41,800 bases of DNA from Octopus sinensis (lineage: Eukaryota). The number at the start of each line of letters is the position of its first letter. Position 1 is the stretch's first letter. Location of the stretch: positions 1 through 41,800 of the forward strand of contig NW_021835899.1 of the NCBI RefSeq assembly GCF_006345805.1. Direction: 5' to 3'. The position numbers were made by a program, and so were the translations under genes. Of the stretch, positions 1 through 11,640 are shown piece after piece. The notes under the pieces are model-generated. The model saw nothing but the letters and a program-made list of their open reading frames with translations. It was not told the origin of the DNA and ran no database searches.

Positions 1-381
1 CTTTCAACTGTGACAGTTTTAACGTGTGGCGCGATATATATTGTCACGTTATGTTAAAGAACAGCCGTTGTGGGGAACTTATAAAAATTTCTAAATTCGA
101 TCACGCAATCATTCTTAGTTAATCAAATTTTATTCAAAACAGATACTAATTTGAACCATGTTCTCTGTAAAAACAAGAGGATCTTTTAATTTCGAGATCA
201 AAAATTATCTTGAAAATTCTCAGAAGCAAGAAAGCTGCAGCATAGCTCCACGTTCTAATATTTAAACTTTTTAAATTCAAATAAATCCGTGAAACGGGTG
301 AGGTTTTTAAAAATTTAATTACAATAAAAACAAAAAAAATCTAAAAGAATCCCAGTGCATTTTCAATTCTTTTTTTGACGG

Positions 382-537
382 GATGAAAGCTTTTTCAGCA
401 ATGAGATTCAAGCACTGCAACACCGATGGAAGACGTGTGAGGACCGCAAGGGGGCACTGCTGAAAAATAAACAGCATTTGGTCGCATTCCATGAGAATAT
501 CTTGGTCAGCCAATGAACTTTTTAGCCGCCCCTTGTA
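382..537 (+). mobile_element. mariner (Tc1/mariner) 3' remnant: transposase C-terminus plus degenerate right TIR
   Basis: 382-453 translates DESFFSNEIQALQHRWKTCEDRKG, matching the mariner C-terminal pattern (..GIQALQHRWKKCVDRKGDYVEK*). It is followed by a TIR-like TGGTCAGCCAATGAACTTTTTAGCCGCCCCTTG ending at TA. Confidence 0.75.
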
Positions 538-943
538 TATTCATGATAAAACCTTTCATTCGTCAACTAATGCTCGCGTTGGTGATGTTTCACCGAGATC
601 AGATACGATCAGGTATGTCTACAATCAAAACCACCCTCATTGTGAAAATTCTGCCTTCTTTCTAGACCAAGAAAACCAGGACACCCTACAATCTGACTAT
701 TTATTTTCTGGAGACGGTGAAATGGCCTAAGCGTGACTTTTCACTGATAACTCGTTCTGGAAATCATGTGGAAGCTCCATTATTAAACATTAAAGTAATA
801 GGTGAAGTGTTCGGAGTTGTCGGCTTGTAGAGTCTCAATAAGGGAGTCTTTACGCGTAAACTGCTACGAGTCGTGGAGATAATATAGACACACATACACA
901 ATGCCAGGAAAAAATATTTCTATGTTGTATGGTTTTAAAAGCA

Positions 944-1318
944 GTGGAGGCGCAATGGCCCAATGGTTAGGGCAGCGGACTCGCGGTCATAGGATCGCGG
1001 TTTCGATTCCCAGACCGGGCGTTGTGAGTGTTTATTGAGCCAAAATACCTAAAAGCTCCACGAGGTTCCGGCAGGGGATGGTGGTGATCCCTGCTGTACT
1101 CTTTCACCACAACTTTCTCTCACTCTGTTTCTGTTGTACCTGTATTTCAAGGGGCCGGCCTTGTCACTCTCTGTGTCACGCTGAATATCCCCGAGAACTA
1201 CGTTAAGGGTGCACGTGTCTGTGGAGTGCTCAGCCACTTACACGTTAATTTCACGAGCAGGCTGTTCCGTTGATTCGGATCAACCGGAACCCTCATCGTC
1301 GTAACCGACGGAGTGCTT
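944..1318 (+). mobile_element. tRNA-derived SINE family A (head GTGGAGGCGCAATGGCC), full length, tail type 1
   Basis: A-box TGGCCCAATGG and B-box GGTTTCGATTCCC. A near-identical inverted copy lies at 7336-7720. Confidence 0.9.
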
Positions 1319-1504
1319 AAGAAGAAGGGAGGTTTTAAAAGGAAAAATTTTAACACAAAAGGAAAGATTTTAACAAAGGTCTGTAAAGTGAGACATTTTT
1401 GATACAAGTAAAATGACTACAACAAAAATAACATCGACATAAACATTAAGCAGCTGAAAGACACTTGAGGCACAATCTATAGTCTACTTTAGAATAAAAC
1501 ATCA

Positions 1505-1720
1505 TGTATGCGTGTGTATGTATGTATGTATGTATGTATGTATGTATGTATGTATGTATGCATGTGTGTATGTATGTATGTATTTATGTATGTATGTATG
1601 TATGTATGTATGTATGTATGTATGTATGTGTCTATGTATGTATACATCTATATGTGTGTACGTACGTATGTATATATGTATGTATGCATGTAGGTATGTA
1701 TGTATGAATGTATGTATGTG
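1505..1720. repeat. (TATG)n tetranucleotide microsatellite
   Basis: Direct reading of the tandem array. Confidence 0.95.
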
Positions 1721-1737
1721 TTTTCTATCGTTTCTCT

Positions 1738-2028
1738 CACTTGTTTCAGTTGGACTACGGCCATGCTGGGGCACTGCATTGACCGGTTTAGTCGAGCGTA
1801 TCGACAAGAGTACATATCTTTTAGGGGACGTAAACACAACACCACCGGTTGTTAAGCAGTGGTGGGGGAGAAGTACGTACTCAAAGATATACACACATAG
1901 ATACATACACACATAAATACATACACATATATACAACGAGCCTCTCCCAAGATTTAGTCGGCGCGAGTCTGTGACATAAGACATCCGCCCAAGGTGCTAC
2001 GCTGTGGGACTGAACCCAGAACCATATA
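1738..2028 (-). mobile_element. SINE family B (CORE-like, internal microsatellite), diverged copy
   Basis: Aligns by eye with the full-length copies at 37436-37857 and 41059-41457 (ACTTGTTTCAGT..GGCCATGCTGG, GTGGGACTGAACCC). Confidence 0.75.
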
Positions 2029-2093
2029 TATGTGGAGGTTTGTAAGTCTCAATATGTGTATACATACACCCAACCACATGTATATATGCATAT

Positions 2094-2436
2094 GTTGCTG
2101 AGACCCCCTTCGGTCATGACTGACCATCGGATTGAACCTAGAAAGTTACCCCGCCTGGCACAAGTTCGGGCAAGGTTGTTTATGGAAGACCAGCAGTCAA
2201 CCTTGCCTACCGGCCTCTCCTCTCCTAGCCACCAGTGTTATCCAAGGGAAAGGCAAAGGGGCCGATACAGCTTGGCACCTGTGATGTCGCACTTATTTCT
2301 ACAGCTGGATAAACTGGAGCAAGGTGAAATAAAGTGTCTTACCCAAGAACACAACGCGCAGCCCGGTCTGGGATTCGAACTCACAACCTCACGATCGTAA
2401 GCTCGATGCTGTAACAACAGAGCCATGCGCCTTTAC
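2094..2436 (-). mobile_element. tRNA-derived SINE family D (head GTAAAGGCGCATGGCTC)
   Basis: Minus strand shows an A-box-like TGGCTCTGTTG and B-box GAGTTCGAATCCC. A related copy lies at 5341-5640. Confidence 0.8.
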
Positions 2437-2534
2437 ATGCATATGTATATGCCCATAAATATATCCATAAAGAGGCACACATGCACATATGCATACATAC
2501 ATAACACACGCACACACACTATATATATGTATAT

Positions 2535-2581
<47 letters not shown>

Positions 2582-3104
2582 TGTATGTATATTTATACTC
2601 ATAGAAAAACTTTGGCAAATATGCATGTGGACAAACATTGTCTGTAACTTTTTAAAATTTTCTGATTTATTTAGAATATCGTAAAAGATATTGTGCTTTA
2701 TTTCTTAATTTATACCAAAATAACTATAATAAAACTTATTTTCATTCATATTTGTTAAATTTACAAATTTAATTATCCAAATATATATTTATTTATTTCT
2801 GATAATTCACATGAAAATGTATTTAAAAACTTATTCCTTGTGTAATAAAATCCATCTTTTGTGTCGAATAATATTTTTACAGTAGCTGAAAGCAATTTGG
2901 TGCCAAGAGCAATTTTTCTCATGTCTATTTACTATTTGGAACTAAAGTAAGTGAACATGCTTCGAAAGTCATTTAAAAATGTCTTTATTGGACGTTTCAT
3001 AATCTTGAAAGAAGCACAAAATAGCTAACAAACCTTAAGTGTATACTAGACTAAGTGACAAGATACATAAATTAATGCATATGTAACAATATAAAATATG
3101 CATT

Positions 3105-3145
3105 TACGTACATACGTGTACATATATATAATATATATATATATA

Positions 3146-3206
<61 letters not shown>

Positions 3207-3449
3207 ATGGATGTATTTATATTATATGTATGTACGTATTTGGACAGATAAATATGACTAAGATAGGAAAACTACCGTTATGAGGAAGATATAAAAACTA
3301 GTTGAAATAGGGGAGAAATGAAAGGTTTTATCGTAATTTCATTTTGAAATATTGCAACGTGATGCCAGTTTATTTTAAGGATTTCTATGGAGTTTATATG
3401 AACACATACACACACAAACGCACATACATACATACATACATCATACTAC

Positions 3450-3486
<37 letters not shown>

Positions 3487-3580
3487 TACACTATACGTAT
3501 ATCTACATATAATATATGCATGTTTATATATGCATATAAATATGAATGTATATATATATTTAATATACATGCACATACTC

Positions 3581-3651
<71 letters not shown>

Positions 3652-3680
3652 TGATGCATATATATTCATATACATATACA
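3105..3680. repeat. (TA)n/(TG)n/(CATA)n microsatellite tracts
   Basis: Direct reading; two blocks at about 3105-3215 and 3410-3680. Confidence 0.85.
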
Positions 3681-4364
3681 CACTTACTTGATATTGAAGT
3701 CTACTCATATTTCTAATAAAATTGTCAATATTTCATTAGATTTATCTTTATTCGCAGACAATTTTGATTGTGTGTGTGTGTGTATGTGTTTATGTGAGTG
3801 TGAATTATATATGTGTGTGTGTGTGTGTGTGTGTTGGTTATGTATATGTGAATATTTAAGTGTACAAACACACAAACTGCACAAATTGGCATGCCAGAAT
3901 TCTTACGCATATACATGCAAACAGACGTACGGAAGAGTTTCATAAGCTCTTGGTCCTGTGTTCGATCTCACAGCAAGTTGCAAGCTATCTCCCGAAGACA
4001 ACATAGCCATTGTTACGAAATTGAAAAGGTGGAAACGTGCAGCAGCCACATGCGTGTCTATGTATACGTTGATATGACTGTATATGTGTTAGTGCTTGTA
4101 TGCGTGTGTGTGTGAGGCTGTGTGTGTGTGTGACTGTGTGTATGTATGTGTGACTGTGTGTATGTGTGTATGTGTGTGTGACAGAGAGAGAAAAAGAGAG
4201 AGCGAGAAAGATTGTGTTTGGGCGTTCACTGGTAGTCCATTGTCGAATATTACCCGTGATTAATAATAAATTCTCTTATATTGCATCTTCTGTCTTTCAT
4301 TTGCCTAAGACTTAACGATCACACTGAATGTCACCGTGCTTTCCAATAAGCTACCAGGTGTAAC

Positions 4365-4410
<46 letters not shown>

Positions 4411-4412
<2 letters not shown>

Positions 4413-4547
4413 ATATAAGAGTCTAGTTTGTAAGAGTCTAGATTGAATTGATATATCGGTTCCATTCTAGCAAAAACTGTCTGATAACGGCAACGAGAAA
4501 CTCAGAGTAACAGATTTTGTTGAATTTTCTGCTGCTTAAAATAAAGT
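4411..4547 (+). mobile_element. short repeat between (TA)n tracts carrying a hammerhead-like motif; possible Penelope-like terminus
   Basis: Flanked by (TA)n on both sides and contains the motif at 4477-4513. Confidence 0.5.
4477..4513 (+). ncRNA. minimal type I hammerhead-like motif (core CUGAUAA, G8 changed to A)
   Basis: CTGT-CTGATAA-CG(GCAA)CG-A-GAAA-CTC-A-GAGT-A-ACAG: 4-bp stem I, 2-bp stem II with GNRA loop, stem III ACUC/GAGU with a 1-nt loop, GUA cleavage triplet. Confidence 0.55.
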
Positions 4548-4560
4548 ATATATATATATA

Positions 4561-4745
4561 GGAAGAATTCGCAAAACAACAAGAGACGAAGACAGGTGGT
4601 GTTGACAATAAACAGGTGTATTAGTATAACGTTCGGGAAGAGAGAAAGTCTTTAACGTTTCGAGCCTACGCTCTTCTACAGAAAGGAACAGAAAGAAACA
4701 AGGAGAGAAAATAAAGAATGTGTAGTGGCTAGCGATCTATCATGG
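4561..4745 (-). mobile_element. Penelope-like terminal repeat family P1, copy 1
   Basis: Homologous to 32701-32880, 33681-33890 and 39200-39385. Its 3' end abuts (TA)n and it contains a hammerhead-like motif. Confidence 0.65.
4649..4686 (-). ncRNA. hammerhead-like motif P1 (CUGUAGA core, GUU triplet)
   Basis: Minus strand CCTTT-CTGTAGA-A-GAGC(GTAG)GCTC-GAA-ACGT-T-AAAGA. Confidence 0.55.
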
Positions 4746-5340
4746 CGAATGCCGAAGATAAAATCTATATTAAGATTTTATCGAGTAGCCGGCGTGTAAA
4801 ACCAGTTAAGGTAAAAAATTAATACAAGGCATATAATTTTCCCATTTATATATAAAATACATTATAATATCAAGTGCTGTTAATGTCCTTTTAATGAAGG
4901 AATTTCGTTTTCCTTCCTTCAGTTTTGGCGCGTGTGTATACTTATTGAAAGGTTTTGGCTTTAGAGTCTCATCAAAGCGTGAAGACATAAATCCAAACAA
5001 TGGAACAAGAACGCTACAATAAAACATCCGATGCGAAGACGATGGGAAGACAGTCAGGAGAAACAATAAAATGACGGACAGGAAAAAACAAGAACTGGTA
5101 ATTCGCAGTCTCCTCTCGTCAGTCAAGTTACCAAATTATCCTTACACTTTCAGGCAGTTACACTTGAGGGTGTTCAAATCTAGCTGCCTCCAAAGATTTT
5201 AGCTTAGAGAATTAACTTTGTTGGGAGAATGCAAAATGAATGTGTATGACAATAAAGACGAAAATCGGAGATGTTACACAATTACAGATACAAATAATAA
5301 GAAAATAACAACAGGTGTCTTTCGATATATGTGTGTATGT

Positions 5341-5640
5341 GCACGCGTATGGCTTAGTGGTAAGAGCGTCGGGCTTACTAACAAGAGCTAATGAGTTCGA
5401 TTCCTCTAACCGGTTGTGTTCTTGAGCAAAACACTATTTCTCAGGTTGTTCCAATTGACAGTTGCCAAGCTCTATCGGCATTTCTCTCTCCCTGCGATAA
5501 CATTAGTGGCGTGAAGAGGGGAGGCTGATATGTATGGGTGACTGCTTTTCTTACAGAAATAACCTTACCTGGACTTGCACTCTTGAGGGTAAATTTCGAG
5601 GTGCACTCCCATGGTTTTTCATGACCGAAGTGGGTCTTTT
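5341..5640 (+). mobile_element. SINE family D, older copy
   Basis: Head GCGTATGGCTTAGTGGTAAGAGCGTCGGGC..GAGTTCGATTCC; tail CATGACCGAAGTGGGTCT matches 2094-2436. Confidence 0.7.
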
Positions 5641-5668
5641 CACTATATAATACTACATACATACAACA

Positions 5669-5769
<101 letters not shown>

Positions 5770-5780
5770 ATATATATTTC

Positions 5781-6030
5781 CATAGTCCCAGAACTGATGA
5801 AAGAGGAAAGGGATTCCATCACCTTCAAACGGAATCTAGACAGATTTCTTCAAGGAATACCAGATAAGTCACGCATACCTGGATAGAACTCACTCAACAA
5901 GAACTCTCTATTTGAATGGACCATAAACAAAACATGACTTAAAAAGGATTTAGATAATCCTATCAGTGGTGCTATTAAGTTAGACGTGGCCTGAACCAAT
6001 CTTGGTCGAAATATCTAGCTTTACCTAAGT
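5781..6030 (+). mobile_element. 5'-truncated CR1/L2-group LINE 3' end
   Basis: Translates IVPELMKEERDSITFKRNLDRFLQGIPDKSRIPG*NSLNKNSLFEW, resembling the FK..LD.FL..IPD.P C-terminus of such ORF2 proteins. It has a 3' stem-loop (ACCAA-TC-TTGGT) and lies between (TA)n tracts. Confidence 0.6.
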
Positions 6031-6042
6031 TATATATATATA

Positions 6043-6093
<51 letters not shown>

Positions 6094-6094
<1 letters not shown>

Positions 6095-6220
6095 CACGTG
6101 ATCACGTGATTACGTGACCGACCAGACCATCAGATGTTGTTACACATCGCTGGTCACAATGCGTTCGCATTGTTTTAGCCTTCGAATGACGCTACCCCGC
6201 TGGCTAAGCGAGCAGGCCAA
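6094..6220 (-). mobile_element. SINE family E 3' part with (TCACGTGA)n tail
   Basis: Homologous to 32294-32422 and 36861-37105. Confidence 0.75.
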
Positions 6221-7033
6221 TATATATATATATATATACATATGTGTGTGTGTGTGTGCATATGCGTTTACCAGCATGTGTATATAAAGGCAGATAGATT
6301 GATAAATAAATAGACACAAAACTATTAATGTGTGTCTTTGTGTGTCTGTGTGTGTGTATCTGTGTGTTTGCGTATACGCTTGTGTGCAGTCGCCTGTACT
6401 AATATAACAGTATCGCATAGAAGTTTGTTTTTAAACATTTGTTCATAACTTATTGAAAAGAAGGTCAGACAGAATCTGTGTCCTTTGCAGAACGTACGCC
6501 TCTCATAAAACCAGTGCAGCTGATGCCCAGTCTAAATATTTGCAGGTTAATGTATTCTGGAGACAAAGCATGAACGCAGACGAAAACGGACATTTTGTTG
6601 TCGCAATTGCTTGCATTAGGGGGAATTTCCTGAAGACCCCTCTGAGACAAGGTGATGATGTTAAATAGGACAGCGTAGTAAATCTTGCCTAAAGTATGTT
6701 ATTGACTGTTTTGTATTTAAACTTCAGATCTATAATTTACTTTTATTAAATTATTCGCTATTGCGCGGTAGACTTTTGAAGTCAGACAAAACGCCATTTC
6801 GTTATTTAGCCGTCTGTTTTAAAGTAACGATTTCTTATCACGTGGGGTCAAAATTGTCTTTATTCCTGCCGATGTCGATATGCAAATAGTTGCGGTAGAC
6901 GTTTATTCAATAATCTAAAAGTCTATCGAATAATCATGCTTGTTTAATCGAACAGGCAAATCCTTCGAATATGTGTTATGTACTTATGTTAACTATCATT
7001 TATACAAGTTTTAAATATAGGTTTCTAATTTTG

Positions 7034-7215
7034 TCCAGCAATTTCAGGGAAGGGATTAATGGATTACATTAAGCCCAGTGTTCAGTTGGTACTTGTTTTA
7101 TTGACCCCGAATGGATGAAAGGCAAAGTCGACCTTAGCGGAAGTGGAACTCAGAACGTAAAGATGAACGAAATAAGCAAATCATTTTGTCCAGCTCCGTA
7201 ACACTTTCTAACAGG
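7034..7215 (-). mobile_element. SINE family C (core GACCCCGAAAGGATGAAAGGCAAAGTCGAC on + strand)
   Basis: Shares the core with 15333-15564, 35281-35460 and 36745-36860. Confidence 0.75.
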
Positions 7216-7260
7216 TTTTTTCCGGCGCCATAACGCTGCCTTACAAGGTATGAATATTCG

Positions 7261-7860
7261 TTCCAAATTTTGGCACAAGGCCAGCAAGTTGGGGTGATGG
7301 GTAAGTCAATAACATCGACCCTAATGTTCAATAGTGGAAGCACTCCGTCGGTTACGACGATGAGGGTTCCGGTTGATCCGAATCAACGGAACAGCCTGCT
7401 CGTGAAATTAACGTGTAAGTGGCTGAGTACTCCACAGACACGTGCACCCTTAACGTAGTTCTCGGGGATATTCAGCGTGACACAGAGAGTGACAAGGCCG
7501 GCCCCTTGAAATACAGGTACAACAGAAACAGGAAGTAAGAGTGAGAGAAAGTTGTGGAGAAAGAGTACAGCAGGGATCACCACCATCCCCTGCCGGAGCC
7601 TCGTGGAGCTTTTAGGTATTTTGGCTCAATAAACACTCACAACGCCCGGTCTGGGAATCGAAACCGCGATCCTATGACCGCGAGTCCGCTGCCCTAACCA
7701 CTGGGCCATTGCGCCTCCACAATAGTACTCATTTTATCAATCCCGAAAGAATGAAAGGCAAAGTCGAACTCGCCGAAATTTGAATTCAGACCATAAAGAT
7801 GGAGGAAATGCCGCTAAGCTTGGCACCTCACATACCGACATTTCCGTCAGCTTATCGGCT
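7261..7860 (-). mobile_element. SINE family C copy split by a family A insertion (7261-7335 plus 7721-7860)
   Basis: The two halves are collinear with the family C core, and AATAGT is duplicated at 7330-7335 and 7721-7726. Confidence 0.75.
7336..7720 (-). mobile_element. SINE family A, full length, tail type 1
   Basis: Reverse complement of 944-1318 apart from 4 substitutions and one 8-bp indel counted by eye. Confidence 0.9.
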
Positions 7861-7925
7861 TATGATTTATAAAAATTGCAATTAACTAAGAATACTCTGT
7901 TTACTCTCTCTCTCTCTCTCTCTCT

Positions 7926-8065
7926 CTTACTTGTTTCAGTCATTTGACTGCGGCCATGCTGGAGTACCACCTTTAGTCGAGCAAATCGACCCGAGGACTT
8001 ATACATATATACGACCAGCTTCATTCAATTTCCGTCTATTAAATCAACTCACATACTTAGGTGTG
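7926..8065 (-). mobile_element. SINE family B fragment with internal deletion
   Basis: The tail TTACTTGTTTCAGTCATTTGACTGCGGCCATGCTGG joins almost directly to TATATACGAC..TTTCCGTCT, skipping the middle part. Confidence 0.75.
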
Positions 8066-8111
8066 TGGTATATATATATATATATATATAATATATATAT
8101 ATATATACGAT

Positions 8112-8153
<42 letters not shown>

Positions 8154-8798
8154 TAATAATAATAATAATAATTATAATAATAAATATAATAATAATAACA
8201 ATAACATTAGGGAGTATAATTCCAAACTTACAGGGAAAAATTCAAATTAGAATTAAATCAAATTTCACAATATAAATACATAATATATAAATTAGAGAAA
8301 AAACTACTATTATGCAATTCAAACAATGATATATATATATATATATATTACGAAACTGTTAACAAGCAGTGTGTTGTTGACTAGTAGACACTAAGAAATC
8401 CTGGAGACAATATGCTAATGACAAGTAAAAGCAATACACGCTCAAATATAGAGACGTGAGCATCGAAGCATGACTGCAAATAAAATTATTTCACTAGATG
8501 ATAATATCTCCAGAAGACCAATAAGCCCTTTGTCATGTGAATCCTTTCGACTGTTTCTGTTAGACAACCTGACTGTCCTCACAAATGGTATGGAAGTTTT
8601 GATACACCGACTTTGGCTCCAACCGTTTCGCGTGGTTGATTCAAAGCTAACTTATATGACGTCAGGCGTCGTCATGTTACTCGCGTTCTCATCACCGTCT
8701 CTTTCGCTTTTTCTACTTAAGTGCGTGCGCATATTCTCTATTTGTATATGAGGAAAGGGAACGTGCCTACGTCAATCGTGTGCAATAATTGAAATGTA

Positions 8799-8849
<51 letters not shown>

Positions 8850-9262
8850 CTCTCTCTCTCTTTCTCATGCTCTCTTATTGAATGTATTCATTTCTGGTAT
8901 CCATCCGTTTGTATGAGTGTTTACCTTCAGATTCAAGAATGTATTTCGCCAAAACAGGTTTAAACTTCGAGCGTCCAACCAGAAGCAACGAATCGATTGA
9001 TTCCGTAACCAAAAATTGTTACTTAAGTCCAGCTAACAACTCCAGTATATCAAGTTTCGTCACAACACTGATAAACCCTACGTCGCATTTAAAAAGTTAA
9101 ACCCACCTTTATATTTTATGAGGTGAACTGTTTTTGTATACTTTCATACATTACCGGCCGCCATGTCGGTTATCTCTCTAGCGAACACTCTAAACAGAGG
9201 ACGTACACTGAGCACACAAAGAAATACACAAACTTAAACTGATAAATTGTATTACTCGTTTG

Positions 9263-9556
9263 TTCCTTCTAAAGCCATGCCTGGCTCATAAGGGCTGGTT
9301 TACCGGTTTCCTTGGCGTATAGGCTGCCCACCTGCACGGGACGCCGGTCTGTCGCAGGTGAGCTGCAAGATGCAGGAAGAAAGAGTGAGAGAAAGTTGTG
9401 GCGAAAGAGTCAGTAGAAGTTCGCCATTACTTTCTGCCGAAGCCGCGTGAAGCTTAGGTGTTTCGCTCATAAACACACACAATGCCCGGTCTATTCGAAC
9501 CCACGATCCCTCGACCAAGTGTCCTCTGCTCTAACCACTAAGCCATGTGCCTCCAC
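9263..9556 (-). mobile_element. family A-related SINE with tail type 2
   Basis: The head (+ strand CTAACCACTAAGCCATGTGCCTCCAC) and GAGTGAGAGAAAGTTGTGGCGAAAGAGT block are shared with family A; the tail resembles 17176-17290. Confidence 0.75.
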
Positions 9557-9868
9557 AACTTATATTAATAATACATTATTAATAATAACTTAAATGAATA
9601 AATTTTTATTGGTGAATAGCTTCTTGAATAATTATTGTATTTTGTATGTATTAAATGTTTTCTTACTTAATTCGTTTTTGTAGGTAGTGGAAATAATGTT
9701 TCTGGTTAAATTTTCCTTCTCTACTAATATTTGTGTATATTAAACTCTGTTACGTACGTCAATATACATACGTGAAAATATATGATAAGTATGCATATAT
9801 GCACCTTGATATATATTTATATATATGTATATATGAACGCACACACACATAGATACATATACATATAC

Positions 9869-9914
<46 letters not shown>

Positions 9915-10879
9915 ATATATATATATATATATTTACATATGTGTTCATGTGTGTGTATATGTATACAAACACAGGTGAATGTTTATGCGCTCGTGATATC
10001 GTTTTATTTTTAGAAACGGGTATTTAAAAATAGATCTATGAACAGGATCTAAGAACTCGGTGTTTGAATAATTTTAAACGTGTAAATCTTTAAAATGTAA
10101 ATGTTACTTCATTCGCAAGTAGCAGGACTTCATTGTTTCTTTGAATAAAAATATGTTTAGAGAAAGTAACAATTAAAAATTCCTCAATGTTTTGTCTTTA
10201 TATAACATTTAGGGACATTTTTTCCATTTTTTTAAAATTATGAAATAAATTAAAGATTTAACATTTGCGTGTTTTCATACCCAGGAATCCAACGTGATTC
10301 ATTTCCTCAAATTATTATATCTAACAAACATACTCACGTATATCAACCCCATGAATTATCTTAAAAATTATAATTAAAATAAAACCATCGTGAGTTTGAA
10401 TCTGAAAACGTGTTGGGCAGGGGAATCGCTTTGCACCTTTTCAACTTTTATTCTCGTGCTTAAAATTATATTTTTCTGTTTTCTTTCGCTTTTATTGAAT
10501 GCCATTTTGATGAGCATTCGACGTAGAATAAAATAGGGGTGAAGGATGAATAAGAGCTTCCTTCGCTACGGGTATACTTTTGATTCCCACCAGAACAAAA
10601 TTCTTTACAGGGTGGAAAGATCCCAAACATTTTTCAGTCCGTTGTACGTAGAGAAAGTCAATCTATAACAATAAGAACAGCGGCACTGACAACAACGACA
10701 AAAACAATGACAACAATACAGAATTGGGAAGCAATCTAAAAGGTAACTATTCCGTATAATTCCATCTCTACAATGGTCCCCAAGGGTTTCAATATTAAAA
10801 TTAATACATTCTTTCATTCTTGAATTCTTTCGCTTATTTATACTTTTCACATTTTGTTGTTGTAACGATGTGAATATAT

Positions 10880-11231
10880 ATATATATTTATATACATATA
10901 TATATTTATATACATATGTATATATAAATGTATATATGTGTATGTATATATATATGTATATATGTGTATGTATATGTGTATATATATATATATATATGTA
11001 TTTATGCATGTGAATATATACATATATTTATTGTCATATATATATTTATATATATATATATATATATATAAATGTATATGTGCGTATGTATATATATATA
11101 TCTATATATGTGTATATATATGTATACATATATATGCGTATATGTGTATATATATATATGTATTTATGCATGTATGTAAATATATATATGTAAATATGTG
11201 TGTATGCCTGTGTGTTTATATATACATGTAT

Positions 11232-11272
<41 letters not shown>

Positions 11273-11466
11273 GATAGATAGATCTATATATACATGCATA
11301 TATGCACATATATACACATACAGACACACATTACCTGTGTAAAAATACTGATTGCTGATTCGTGCTTTGCGTCTCTAGATACAAATGCATGTATTTATGC
11401 ATTAAATTTTGAGTGCATATACATATACACACACAAACGCACACACACACACACACACAGATATAT

Positions 11467-11500
<34 letters not shown>

Positions 11501-11640
11501 CATTTATATATATGTCTATATAGATGTGTATGTATGTATATATGTATGTATTCGTGTATGCGTATGTATGCTTATATGTCTATCTATATACCTGTACATT
11601 TATATCTGTTTCTGTGTGCTTGTGTACATTTATGTCTCTC
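10880..11640. repeat. compound (TA)n/(TG)n/(CA)n microsatellite region
   Basis: Direct reading. Confidence 0.9.

Noticed and set aside
944-1020. SINE heads (also 7640-7720, 17400-17480, 41745-41800) as tRNA genes
   Set aside because: A and B boxes are present, but there is no closed acceptor stem, and each head within the window runs into SINE body.
4806-5126. 106-aa minus ORF with hydrophobic N-terminus and GKR/KR sites, like a neuropeptide precursor
   Set aside because: It starts at TTG rather than ATG, shows no recognisable peptide repeat or homology and has no supporting splice structure.
5975-6020. CCTGAACCAATCTTGGTCGAAAT as a hammerhead
   Set aside because: No NGA half of the core and no stem I; better explained as the LINE 3' stem-loop.
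6453-6668. Overlapping ORFs in unique sequence with a plausible acceptor at about 6490
   Set aside because: No recognisable domain and no convincing donor.
8470-9100. ORFs 8470-8751 and 8882-9100, including LRR-like words (NKIISL, NPFDCFC)
   Set aside because: The motifs fall in different frames, are interrupted by stops and have no consistent exon boundaries.
9153-9182. Hairpin followed by CTAG as a Helitron 3' end
   Set aside because: The stem is only 6 bp with a wobble, the next base is not T, and no matching 5' end was found.
10611-10742. Possible + strand exon ending at AAG|GTAACT
   Set aside because: The good acceptors give stops in all frames; the only open version needs a weak acceptor and encodes low-complexity Asn-rich sequence.
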